A DNA stretch of 64,000 nt from Utricularia gibba (taxonomy: Eukaryota > Plantae > Magnoliophyta). The notes below the pieces were generated by a model. The model had not been told where the DNA came from and did no database searches. It saw nothing but the letters and a program-made list of their open reading frames with translations. The position numbers and the translations under genes are program-made. The stretch is from NCBI GenBank assembly GCA_002189035.1, contig NEEC01000007.1, forward strand, positions 992,001 to 1,056,000. Reading direction: 5' to 3'. Of this stretch, positions 12,012 through 24,599 are shown piece after piece (the stretch's first letter is position 1; each line of letters starts with the position of its first letter).

Positions 12012-12484
12012 CCTTAAACACAAGAACACCATACTTCAGTCAACGAATTTGGCACTTGCGGCAACCGAAATCGATACAAATCATCCAACCGCATTACTGA
12101 TAATACGCATAAAAATTATTAAACGAATCGGTAAACACAAAACTCACAAGAACAATGCACCACCCAGCCTCGAATTACCATCATTTTTCTGAGAAAAAAA
12201 CGCGCTAAAATTCGCGGATACAAACGGAGTCCTCGGAATCAGATCGCTCAGAAAGAAAATGGATGTAAACCTCAATCAAGATTACATACTTCAATTTGAT
12301 TAAAAAAATAAAAAGTGGCAACCATTCACAGATCTAAAGCAATAATTCACCTGCTTCCTCGGTAGCAGGATTTCACAGTAGCACCGAATTTGGGGCAAAA
12401 TCTTCCCTTATCGGAGGTGCCAAATTGAGCTCACAGAATTATGTGGACACCAAGCAAGCCCGTTAAACACGACGACCACAAGCG

Positions 12485-12570
12485 TAAGCCCGGCACAGGC
12501 CCAGGTTCTGGCCATTCACTAAGGGCCACGTTAGCTACAATTAGGCCCAATATCATACGGCCCGTGATCC
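12485..12570. promoter_or_regulatory. Cluster of site II (TGGGCY/GGCCCA-type, TCP-binding) elements upstream of NDUFA8
   Basis: AAGCCCG, AGGCCCAG, AGGGCCA, AGGCCCAA and CGGCCCG occur within about 85 bp. This is typical of promoters of nuclear-encoded respiratory genes. Confidence 0.55.
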
Positions 12571-12877
12571 ATCTAAATAAATTATTATCTTTTATATTCT
12601 GAAATTCAAAGTCAGAGAGGAATGAAGGTAAAACAGCATGTTTGATGTATTAGCAACGCCTGGGTTTGATGGGGTACCCTCGTACCAATGAGGAGGAATG
12701 CCATCAGATCAGTAACAGCAAGAGCTCCCCTAGCATGGAGGCTGCATGCAGGCAGCCTCACATTTACAAATCACTACCAAAACCTGCTTGCTATATTATT
12801 GTTTTTCCGGTTGTTTTTTCAGATGTTCAACAGCGAAATCTTGGTGCTGCAATTTGTGGTGTAGTAGTAGTAGCCTG

Positions 12878-14903
12878 TCAAGGAAGGCTCTGGAAAGAAG
12901 GAAACTGAGGTCTCTGTTTACAAGTAAGAAGGGAGCTCAGGCATGGAGAGACTGCGTGGGCGAATCCTGATGATGCTGCAGAAGGCGAAATGGGTACTGC
13001 ATGAAGTGGAACTACGCCCTGGCTTTGCATTTTCCATGGCCACATCTGAGTTCCAGCCGAGTAACCGGCTTCAACGCTGGTTTTCACTGCTGCTGATTTA
13101 TCCTAAAGTGCATAAACCAGAGAGTGAACCCACAGAAATGGGGGAACTTCTTTGTAAGAGACATGAGGGTAACCACAGCACCTTGGTGTTTGTGGAGAAA
13201 CCAGGGAATATGGCACCCCATGAAGCAGCATGATACTTGGGCTCACCCTATCAATCAAATTTTCTAGTTATTATTCATTCGAGTCATGTGCAAAGAGTTC
13301 AGTGTGAATTTCCGTGTATGATTGTAGTACCTGAAGATTTTGGTTAGCAGGCATTGTAGAAGAGGGAAACTGCAATGTTTTCACAGCTGCAAAGCCATTT
13401 CCCTGGGAGCTATCTGAAGACACGGATATCCCAAGATTGAGATCAAGACTGCTGCCACTGCCTGCGTAGAAAATCAAAACCGCAAAAGGTTGTTAAACTC
13501 GCTTTCTCTTGAATGTGTGGCAGGAAAACAAAGCTGTGCCGTTTAGACTCCATTCCAACCTGCGTCTCTCCGACCGAAGTTCACTTCCCTGGTGTAGATG
13601 CTAGGCTCAAGGTTAGCTACTGGTATGGCTTCGTTTTCATTCCGCTGGGCGATTGATTTCTCATAAGCCCTGCAGTAAATCAAAGGTTCAAGAGAACTAC
13701 CAAGATAAGGACATTGATGAGCTGATTTTGGAAACAAATTACTCACTTCTTCTCAAGTAATTGCCACTGGTTACATTTAGGCAGAGAAGCTGATCCCCTG
13801 TACTTGGAATTTCCTCGAGGAAAACCAGTGCTTTGGCGGCGAAGAAGATGGACCAATTCTTCTTTTGTGAAGTTTTTCATCTGCAGAAAATCCCCAACTC
13901 TGCGTAAATTTGCATGATGGAGCTCAAAACTCTGCGCAACGATCAAGAAGTGCAAACCTGTTTCATATCTTCCTCATAGTCACTTGTGTTGAAATTGATG
14001 TCCGCATCAACCCCACGAAACATGATGGCTGCTCGATCATAAGCCCTGAATCATGGGAATATTTTAGATTCGCAAATAAACCTCAACACAAACATCCAGT
14101 ATGCAGGAATAGTTAGTTACCTTGCAGCAGCATGGGCAGTGTCGAATCCCCCTGAAATTTAGAAACCAAAGACGAAGAACAAGAGTTAAGCAGATGCAAA
14201 AATATACCATCGCCGTTGATGGACTTGTTTTCCAGGGAGAAGAGAACAAGTTCTTACCCAGATACACTTGTTTTCCACAATCCCTGAAAACAAAGCAAAA
14301 ACACAAGTTCAAAACCCCGACGCGCAAAAACGGTGGTAAAAATTGGATCAGACACAATCACAAACACCATACATTCATGCGGCGGGAGTGTGAAAATTTT
14401 CATAGATAACGACGAACCAGATATGGGATTCCCATCTTCCAGTTCTCCGGTAGAAAGTAACCCCGCGGTACTGAGAGCTCCGTGAGCGGGGACCGCGTCT
14501 GCTCTTCTTAACCTGGGGTTGCGGTACTTGATTACTACTCATCGGCAAATGGGTCTTGTAAATTCCTAATTCGACGCCTCCGCCGCTCGAAAATTCCGGG
14601 GCCGCCGACAAATTCAACCAGTATTGAGCCGTCGCCGACGCAGACGAAGGGCCGTCGGGAACAGCTGAAGCTCCTCGCTCACGTTATCGTCAACGTTTTC
14701 TTCATTATTAACATCGTCGTCAATGTGTATGGCATCCTTGCCAAGGATTGAGAAATTTAGAGTGAACAAAGAGGTGTTGCAGTCGAGTTCATCCACCGCG
14801 GCGGATGTCGTCGTCGAACCCACAGAATCGGTTGCCGTGGGGTCTTCCCCCCCTGAAAAGCAAAGTCAACTTCTCCGGCAGCGTCAACATTCAGATCCAA
14901 CAT
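12878..14903 (-). CDS. euAP2/TOE (RAP2-7-like) transcription factor; first AP2 domain intact, second degenerate; two apparent 1-bp frameshifts in exon 1
   Basis: N-terminal MLDLN (EAR-like), [36 protein letters not shown]|DCGKQVYLG|[10 protein letters not shown]|[18 protein letters not shown], linker [17 protein letters not shown] and LDLNLGIS. miR172 site near the 3' end. Confidence 0.9.
12961..12981 (-). promoter_or_regulatory. miR172 target site in the AP2/TOE gene
   Basis: The minus strand reads CTGCAGCATCATCAGGATTCG, the canonical euAP2 miR172 site (encodes SAASSGF). Confidence 0.93.
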
Positions 14904-16388
14904 CTCCGATCTCCAGTACACCCAACCGCAGTTCCCCGCTTGTACTTCAACCGAAAAAAAAAAGGGAGACTGAAGAAGATCAATCAATATCTTTCTTGTT
15001 TTAGCATAGACAAAAGTTCGAAAATGGAAAAAGGGATAACACCCCCAACACACAAAAAAAGAAAAAAAAAAAGGACCGGAGAAGTCACGGCAGAAAAACG
15101 GAACTCTGACCAGGAAGATTTCAGAAATCCCAATAACCGGTCACCGGAAAAAACACAAGAAAGAAGAAGGAAGAAAAAGCAACAGAGTAACCACCACCAA
15201 GGTTGCCCTTCTGCGAACAACTCATTGGTTGTGAGGTTTGTTTGTTCCTTCACTCGATAATTAACTACGCCTTTGCCGCATTTTCCCTGCCCCTCAACCG
15301 TCCAAATTTTTTTTCAACCGTACCGCCGTATCCTCCCGGGTTACGTCATCTCCCCCTCAATCCATCCATCCCAATTGTACCTCCCCAAATTATGTACCGA
15401 ATTCAACATCATTAGGACGTGCCCCTGCACCCAAAAATCTCAATTCCCTTCCTCTCAATTCTTTTGGTTTCGTAACCGAAACCCGATTTCGATTCTCTTT
15501 GTATTCGCGATAGTGATATTTCAATATGTGATCCATCACACACTAGTCTCCATAACCCACACCACACAAGACCTCGTCATCCTGGTTTCCGTTTTAGGTA
15601 TTGGAAAATGCGTGGTGGGGCAGACCATTCCATAATTAGGTGGACTGCACGCCCCCCTCTTCTTCTTCTTTTTTCCCCCCTAATCATCGTCGGGCATGCC
15701 TTCACCTTTTCTTAATATTATTTTATTATTAAATATCTGTACATCCACCCACTGCATGTTACATGGTAATAACATTGCATTAAAAGATCATTAAACACGG
15801 GGCACGGATTCTAACGCGGTCGTCGCTTATCAAAGTGGACTAGTGGAGTACGCGTACGACGTCGCTTCGGTCCGCATTTTCGCCCTTTTTGGAAATTCGA
15901 TTTCCCTTTTTTTTATATTTTTTCTTGTCGCTGTCTGGAGGTGGTCACTTCTGTCTCCACACATCATATTGCATTCGAGTATCGCCCCCAAACCGGGTCA
16001 AAACCCGACCAAATAACACATTTTCGGACCCAAAAGTGTTCATTATTATTTCACCCTTCGATGTGTTACATCATCCGGCATCGTGTTTCATGCATTTCAA
16101 TTCTTTTTTATTTCAAGTGCTGGGGTTCTTGTCGCTATTATATTAAATACGCATCTGTTTTCCTACAAGCGTCCATGACTTGAGTGAATATGCCTGATTT
16201 TCATGGAATGTTCAGGATGTTGTCCTCCTGCTCATATTTCAGTCAAATAAAATTTACACGAAATTAAATATATTTTTAATTTGAATAGTATTTATTAAAT
16301 AAAATGAGCAATAAAAGGTGATGGATGGAACGTTGTAGGTCGTTTGGGATGGGGATGAGCAGGTGTCGGTCGGTCGGTTGGGTGTGGG

Positions 16389-16418
16389 TTAGGGTTAGGG
16401 TTAGGGTTAGGGCTAGGG
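16389..16418. repeat. (TTAGGG)4 CTAGGG array
   Basis: Four perfect TTAGGG units at 16389-16412 plus one variant, about 1.5 kb upstream of the AP2 start codon. Confidence 0.9.
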
Positions 16419-18645
16419 CACATGGGATGTAAGGATGGGGTAGTTGTAACATTTGATTCCCATAAAAAGGAACAATGCCACGTCAGCAGAGGCAGCAATC
16501 GTACCTGTTTCAGTGCCATAAATGGTGAACCAGTACTGCTGCGACTCTATCCTGGTTATTATTTATTATTAATGAATTAAATAATTAATTAGATGCACAT
16601 TTTTTTTTATTCCAGAAAGGCAGCAGCAGCAGCATACTGTTAAATTATTTCTTTATAATATGCATGAGAGGCATCCCGGCCGCCACGCATTTATTGGACT
16701 GTTGTAGCTTGTATTTATTCCCTCACTAGCTCATCCCAACATGACAATAATTTAATGATAATACTTGCAATAAGCACGACAAGGTGGATTTTTCCCCCCT
16801 TTTTTTTAAATCACGTCTCCCCACCTACACATAGATGATAGATTCCTTCCCAATAATGGATCCCCCATTCCCTTCACCGGAGAAGGTAGAGATCAAGACA
16901 CGCGCCGCCCCGTGGAGGCGGAGCAGCAGCGTGCTGAGATGTGTGAGGCGCCGGCACTGATCGGAGTGTCGACGCACTAGGCCACACGTACGGACCGGAC
17001 GGTAACGGGATGGATGAACTTAGGGTAGCCTGCAGCAATAAATTTGGTTAGAAGCTACTTTAGTATCCGGTGGGTTGTTGACTAAACACAATCATTCAAG
17101 TGTTGGGTTGTCGTGGGTCAACGCGGTTCGGGTCCGGGTTAGCGTGCCGGTTCGGTGCTAGGGGAGAGGATCCAGCAGAGGAGAGACCGGATCTTTACAA
17201 AAAAGTAATGTTATTTAATTTTGTCGTGGTGGGCTATCCCTGAAGAGGGTACGCGCCCCATCCTGGCCGTCCAAAGCCGCAAGTTGCCGTTTTTTAACGC
17301 ACGTGATTCGATGGGGGACCCCACCCTGACAAATTTTTACTTGATTTGATTTGAATGGGATTCGATTCGATTTGATCTCTCCACCAAAAATTCACGTTTT
17401 CCGATCGAGACCGACGGCGGTGCTACTTCCCGGTCGATTGACCTAAACAATCTCCTCTCCTCGCTGTCTTGACCACCCACCCATGTTTAATTATTGGGGC
17501 CCAAAACACACTGTAATTGCATCGCGATCCAATTTATAGACAAATTAGTTATCATAAAAGCGGCTGAACCGAATCCCTTTTGGTTGGAACAGTTGAACCG
17601 GGAGGGGAGGAAGAAGGGCATGATTGGATTGGATTGGATTGAATTGGCTCTGGGATTCTTGTTGCTCACATGGCGGGGCGCCCACTCGGGTTTCCTTCCC
17701 GAGACAGGTGTGCCTGCCTGCACAGTGCGTAGTGCGTCGTAGATGGGTATGAATGTTTCCTTGTTTGTCTGCGTGCGTCGACGCGAATGATAGCGTGAAG
17801 CCGAGAGAAACAACATTGGAATGACGATGGTGACAGTGCAGACCGCAGGAAAAGGAAGGAAGCACTCGCGTGCCCATCTATCTATCTGTGTTGGCCCCGA
17901 CCGACCGCGACACCAACCGAGAATCCTCCCCCTCCAATGGGAAACGGCCGCGTCTCCCCACTCCATCGGATAAGCCAAGCCACACACCGAGATACGATGT
18001 TTTTATTTAAATTGGTAATAATCTTGATTGTACATATTTTAAAATGTCCACGTGGCTGTATTGAATATCTTAGAAAATTCCAAAATAGCCCCCGAATTAC
18101 AAACTTCGGGGACCGAAGAGAAGGGTCATGGATTATTAAATTCATGAATTTTTTAAATGGGGGAAAGAAAGAAATAAAGACAGAAATGTGGTTGGTTGGA
18201 GTCATGGATCACGGAGAATAATTCCTTCTCGTTCCAGAGGAAAAAAGAAAAGAGGAGCCTAAATGCCACGTGGGTCCCAGGAAACTGTGGCGATGTCGGC
18301 AAGCACATACGAGGTTTTAATATTTTTTGTATTGCCCAGAGCGACGTGGCTGCCTCTCCTCCCCAACTTTTCACATCTGGCCCGGGCTGGGCTGGGCTGG
18401 GCATCTCAGTTCCGACATGGGCTGCAAACAAGACGCAGCACTCATGGACCAAGGAACGCAAACAAGAGCGGGATGTGGAACTGGAATTGGATTAGATGAT
18501 AGTTTTGCCGGCACCTTGGAAGCCCCAATAAACTGAAACTAGTACATGAGATACATCATAGAAACTGAACAACGGAATTGTTTCTTCCCATCTTCACAGG
18601 CTGGATCTCAGATCGCCCTGGGGTTGAACGTTTTCCTCTGCAGTT

Positions 18646-19745
18646 TCAGGTCTTGCTTCCCGGGAAGAAGTAGTCGACGCTGGTCTCCTTGATCCTGAAG
18701 TGGAGATTGTGCACCCTGTTCCTGGATCCCATGGAGTCATCTTCAACTCCCTTTCTGGTTACAGTCATCTGCTCAAAAACCAAGCAGAAGATGGATGACC
18801 CCACGTCGATCAGAGAGGTTATGATCTTCTAGGGGATGGTTTTACCTGTCCATGGACATCAGCTGCTAGTCCAGTAGCTAAAGGCTCGATGTTTATCACA
18901 ACATCAGCAAGGTACTCCAGTTGCAGAAGCAGGGAGGGGTGATCCTCTTTCGAGTACACATCACTGTGAACCAGAGCAACAACCGAGCACCCCTATTCAA
19001 CACAACACCTCCCAGCGTTTCTTTTTGCATTCCGGTGAGAAAAGAATAGGGAATGGTAGTGACATACAAATTGGGCAGTTAAACTGCGGCAGTATTTGAG
19101 AAAATCGAAAACTAGAGACGATGAAGATCTGGCATGAATTTCCATGAGAGAAGCATCATCAATTATCACCATTGCATGGGAACCACAATTCTCGACTGCG
19201 CTATGAACCTTTCCATACAATTGAACAATCATTTCGTGCTGTGCTCCCCGTCCCCCTTGTCTGATAACAAAACCGTACCCAATGGAGTTACCCGCAAACA
19301 AGCTAGTCAAAAACAGACAAAAGAAATAGAGAACCAGACTACAAATTCTAACCGAGAGTGCCATCCGAGAAAATGTCAATGAAGAGCAACCTTCTCTTGT
19401 CCCTCTGAGCACTCAAGTTGCAACCCTGACAAAACCCCAAGAACGGTATTTGCGACTTTTTTTTTTTTCAAATCCATGGTCTGCCATAGGGAACGAAAAA
19501 GTTACCATTTTGCGAAGAATCCGATCGTAGTGGGTGAAGGGCTGGGCGAATGCTAGGAAAACGACGACGTCGGAGGACTGCGGGGAGAGGGCGCGCTTGA
19601 GTAACTGGTGGATGATGAATCTGCCGCTGTTCTCGACGCAGTCTTTCAGTAGTATCATCCCTCCACCCCCATGGCCGCAGTCGATGACTTCCTCCAAAGG
19701 ATTGGAGTACTGGAAACTCCCCATGGCCGCAGTCAATAAATCCAC
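18646..19745 (-). CDS. ELP6: Elongator complex protein 6; multi-exon; start codon ambiguous (GTG 19745 or ATG 19724)
   Basis: [43 protein letters not shown]|[48 protein letters not shown] and [14 protein letters not shown] all match plant ELP6. Confidence 0.88.
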
Positions 19746-21606
19746 CCTACGGAATGTTTCAACCGCCGGAAGATCGAACTTTTACCCCCTAAAAACCGTT
19801 ATTCCATACAAGAAAACAATACCCTAATGTTCAAAACCCGTACGTTCCCCGGCGAAGGCTCGCTCTTCCCCGCCCTCCCTTCCCTTCCTCTGGACACCAA
19901 AAACGGCTTCGCCTCCACCCACCGGACCGGCGTTTGGATAATTGGGCCAATAACTATGAACGATTATTTCTTCTCTACGAAAAGCCTAAGAGACCGCCCA
20001 ACTCCATTTAGGCCGTACATGGGTTCAGCCCACGAATTATTACACATAAATAAATAAGTAAAAAGGTACTCACTCTCCATCATCATTCCCATCGTACGGT
20101 TAGTTCTTCTTTCAAACTTTGACGTGTTGACAACCCGGGTTCAAAGCAATAGAGAAAAGTTGTGTGTGAAGGGGATCCAGGAGGCCCATTCGCGATTCTT
20201 GGAGTTGATTTTGCCCCCCCGCAAAGGAAAAACCCATCATTTTGTTGGGGAACCCCACCCCACCCCACCCCGCCATTCGTGGGCGCTTCGTTCAAGAAAG
20301 GCGAGCGTGATTTGATGCAAAGGAGGGAGGACAACTCGCCAAAGCGTCTTCCTCCTCGTCGGCCATCATCCCATGCCACGACATACTTGTACGCTGTCTG
20401 TTTTGGCGATTGCTTACAAGGAAGAGGGAATGTCGCCTGTCGGAGCTTGCCAAGGTTTATACCAGTTTGTCCCAACACATCCTCCTCCCACAATCATTGC
20501 TTGGGTCGTTTGATACGAAATAACAAAAAAAAGTAATCATTTTATTATTTGCTAATCTCATAACTCAAAATACAATCTTTATTTTAATCTCAGTCATTTT
20601 TGTATATGATTTTATAATATTTTTAATCATAAATATTTGATATAATTTTAATTATAATATTATCTATAGGATATATTACTTTTTAAATAGCAATAGGATG
20701 GATTAGGAGTCCGCAAGTAGTGATTTGACCCTAACCTGGCGTGCCTTATCCCATCCCCTCTACTTCCTCTTCCTCTTCCACTTGGTATGCGGGAGGAGAG
20801 TATGCCTTTACCTAGTACCTAGTGTTGAAATTTAAGATATGATGTATCCAATAAACATACGTAAAATTTAAATATATAAGAAAATTACATTAAAAAAATT
20901 AAATAATTATTAATGATTCATAATTTTTTATATATATGACTATTTTACTTTTAAATTTTAATATGTTATCATTTGTTCAAATACCTCTGCCTGCACTTCC
21001 CTTCCCCGCCACACAAACTCCATTTTCACACCACCCAAACGCCATTTTCATTTATATTCCTTCCTTTCTCTTTCCCAATTGCAGCGCAGCATATGAGAAG
21101 AAGAAGACAGAGTAGATTTTGAAAAGTACCCACTGTCCATTTTTCTATCACACACCACACACAAAAAATTGCACATATGGTGGGTATATTTCTAACACAC
21201 ACAAAACACAGTGGTTATTTTTCAAAAAAACGAGTGAGTAATCCCAGCCCAGGTTGGCGCACTGCGGAGCCCTAAATCCTAGTGGGATTGCAATGGTGTT
21301 TGGGTGACGTGTGGAAGACAAAGAGTTTGACCGGACAGGGCACCGTCCTAGGGGAAGCCGAATTGGCCTTGTAGGAGTAGGACAAGGCATGTAATGGCTT
21401 CTTGCCCCCCCCCCCCCCGCCCCCTTGCCGACGAAAACACGGCCACTCGCTCAAGTGTCACCCACTTTGTCCTCATTTCAACACTCATTAATGCATCCCC
21501 ACCCCCAACCCAATAAACAATACACAACAATATGTATTTTTAAAAGTATACTTCTTATCTGGGGGCCGCCATGGAATGGAATTCTTCGCATTCACTTCAC
21601 CATGCT

Positions 21607-21673
21607 GAGGTAAACATCTAATCTCATGTGAGTTACCCACGGGGTAAAGATCTAATCCCATGTGAGTCACCAT
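21607..21673. repeat. 34-bp imperfect tandem duplication (2 copies)
   Basis: GAGGTAAACATCTAATCTCATGTGAGTTACCCAC followed by GGGGTAAAGATCTAATCCCATGTGAGTCACCAT. Confidence 0.8.
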
Positions 21674-22634
21674 GCCAACCAAGAAAAAAAGTCAAAAAGG
21701 TAAATTCGTGTAATTATAAGGGTATTGGTATCAAGATACTATCTTCAACTTGTATGATATTATCAATTTTGGATATTCAATTCTTATGTTTTTAAGTATT
21801 TCTCTTTTGAGAAATGTATTTATACAAGATTAACAAATCACTCTATTTAATCATATTCACTATCTCGTCCGTGATCAATATGGGATACATAAGTGTTACA
21901 ATACATTGGACTTACATTGGGTGTCACGACTTGGATGTAATAACAAAACCTAGTTATTACATCCATTACATGCACGCTTTTAATATTTTTATTTTCACAC
22001 TGAAAAAGAAAATAGAATCATATCGAATTATCAGAAATTTGAATTTATTTATATTTTTGTATATTAAAAATGTCACATCTTCCTGGTATGTGATTGATTT
22101 GTTGACATTCTTTAATAATGTGATAAATCATTTTCATGTTATTTTTGTTATCCCTCTTCATGATATAAAGATATTATTTTCGAATATTGATATTATTTAC
22201 CATAATAATTGGAAAAGCAACGTGGCGTATGGGTGCACTGCACCGCACCGTAGCTGCACCCACACCTGAGTCGGGTTGGCGCCACGACGAAACGAGTATC
22301 AGATTGTGTCGGGGGCTCCTTTTCGTCTTTTTGACTTGTTTCTTTTTCTTTAATTTTTTTGCTCTTTTTTTTTAATTTTGGAATTTTATATCAATAAAAT
22401 AAACAAATAAAATGTATTTTTCTCGTGACTGATGTAACGCAAGCTCCCACTTATCATCAGAAGTATAACCGCAGCGTTTTACACCCCACAGGGGGAAAAC
22501 GTACCAAAGGAAAAAAAAAAAAAAAAACTCTCATTTCTCTTCTTCTTCTCCGGCCGATTGACTTGTTTTGTTGGTGTTGTGATCTTTCGTCTCGTGGGAA
22601 CTCCAGTCCGTCTTCTGCGGTATGCGAAGGGGGA

Positions 22635-24220
22635 ATGGCGTGTGTTGAGTCGGGGATCAGTGCGTTGGCAGAATTTGGATTGGGAATGGGGTTGGGGTTG
22701 GGAGAGCCCGCCATTGATGCAAATAAACTCAGCTACGAGATTTTCTCCATTTTGGAGACCAAGTTTCTGTTCGGTTATGATGGGGAAGGGGGTTCCAGAA
22801 GCCCAAGGATGTGGACCCACCAACGGTGCTGCAGATGGAGGAGGACGCTGCCGCCGCCGTGAAGAACCAGAGGGGGAAGGTTTGTATTCTCAGTCTTGAC
22901 GCTGTAGGGATGCGGGGGATTATTCCGGGGAAGGCGCTTGGTTATTTGGAAGAAGCGTTGAAGAGGAAATCGGGGAACCCGGAAGCGAGAATCGCTGATT
23001 ATTTTGACGTCGTCGCCGGGACTGGAGTAGGGGGGATCTTCGCGGCGATGTTGGTCGCCGGAAAGGCTGAAAAGGGTTTTCACGCAGATGATACGTGGAG
23101 ATTTCTAGCGGCGGAAGGGGACAAATTGTATGGTTCCGCCAAGAAACGGGGCGGATTTTTCAAACGGGCGTTCAAAAGATCAGGCAGAGGAGGCGGCGCC
23201 TCGCCGACCCCGATTTAGAGAACGTGTTGAAGTCGGCGTTCACCGATGAGAAAACCGGGCGTTTCTTGACGTTGAAAGATACCCTGAAGCCGGTGTTGAT
23301 CCCCTGCTACGACCTCTCCAGCGCAGCGCCCTTTCTGTTCTCACGCGCCGACGCGCTGGAAAACGACGGTTACGATTTCAACCTATGGGAAATCTGTCTT
23401 GCCACGGCTGCGGAGCCCGGAATATTCGATCCCATCACGATGAAATCAATCGACGGCCAGACACGGTGCGTCGGCATTGCCGGCGCGGTTGCGATGAGCA
23501 ATCCCACCGCGGCGGCCATCACCCATGTCCTCCACAACAAAGAGGAGTTCCCTTTCGTCCGCGGCGTCGAAGACATTTTAGTCCTCTCCCTCGGCGCCGG
23601 CGGACAACTCCTCGAAGGCAGCTTCGATTACGAGCAGGTCAAGAAATGGAAATCCAAAGACTGGGCACGACCGTTATCCCGAATCTCGAGCGACGGCGCC
23701 GGCGACCTCGTTGACCACGCCGTAGCCATGGCCTTCGGCCATAGCCGCAGCAGCAACTACGTCAGAGTCCAGGTAAACAAAAAGAACACATTCATTGCTG
23801 ATTGTTGTTATATCAAAAAGGAAACCTTTTCAGTTTCCTTCTTCTTCTCCGTTACAGAAATCCTCCTCTCGTTATACCCAGTAATTATTGCACTCTCTCC
23901 ATTATTCTGCCGCCCTGTCATCATCATCACCTTCTTCATGATTATTGCAGGCAAACGGGTCGGGTTTAGGCAGATGCGGGGTGGAATCAGACACCGACCC
24001 GAGCCAAAACAATGTGAAGATGTTAGTGGAAATGGGAGACAAAATGCTGAAGCAGAAGAATGTGGAATCAGTGCTTCTGGGAGGCAAGAGGATTGGAGAA
24101 GAGAGCAATGGGGAGAAGCTGGAGTGGTTCGCTGAGAAGCTGGTGCAGGAGCATCACAAGAGGGGTTCAAGAATCGCACCCACGGTTGCATTCAAGCAGC
24201 CTGTGAAACGAAACAATTGA
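22635..24220 (+). CDS. Patatin-like phospholipase, pPLAIII (PLP6/PLP7) group; intron 23773-23950; two apparent 1-bp frameshifts
   Basis: NKLSYEIFSILETKFLFGYD, RGKVCILSLD, ARIADYFDVVAGTGVGG (pPLAIII GxGxG), LTLKDTLKPVLIPCYDL, AMSNPTAAAITHVLHNKEEFPFVRGVEDILVLSLG and SNYVRVQ|ANGS. Confidence 0.9.
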
Positions 24221-24599
24221 TGATCCATATCAGATTCTGCTACCAGAAGTAAATATGGCTTGCACCCACCTAATCTTACAGATGATGGGAAGAAGCACTA
24301 CAAAATGAAAACAACTTTATGTTAATCAGGGAGTCCTTTTCAGGGACGATTCATCATTTCTGTTGATTAAGAATGGGGAAACAGAAAATCACTATCGGCA
24401 TAAATGTCTGTGAAGTCTATGAATGAATGGTTTCCAACTCTAGAGGATGTGTTGTCAGTTTTCTAGACGGCCTGGGCCTCCTGATTCTCTTGTCTTCACG
24501 AGTGAAGTCATTAATACCACAACTACCAAAGCATGTGGAGCCTGCAATTTCATTAGATCTTCCTTTTTTCCACAGACTCTAACACAGTCCTATCCTCAA

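Noticed and set aside
16389-16418. Chromosome end or telomere
   Set aside because: There are only five units, and they are embedded in ordinary gene-flanking sequence.
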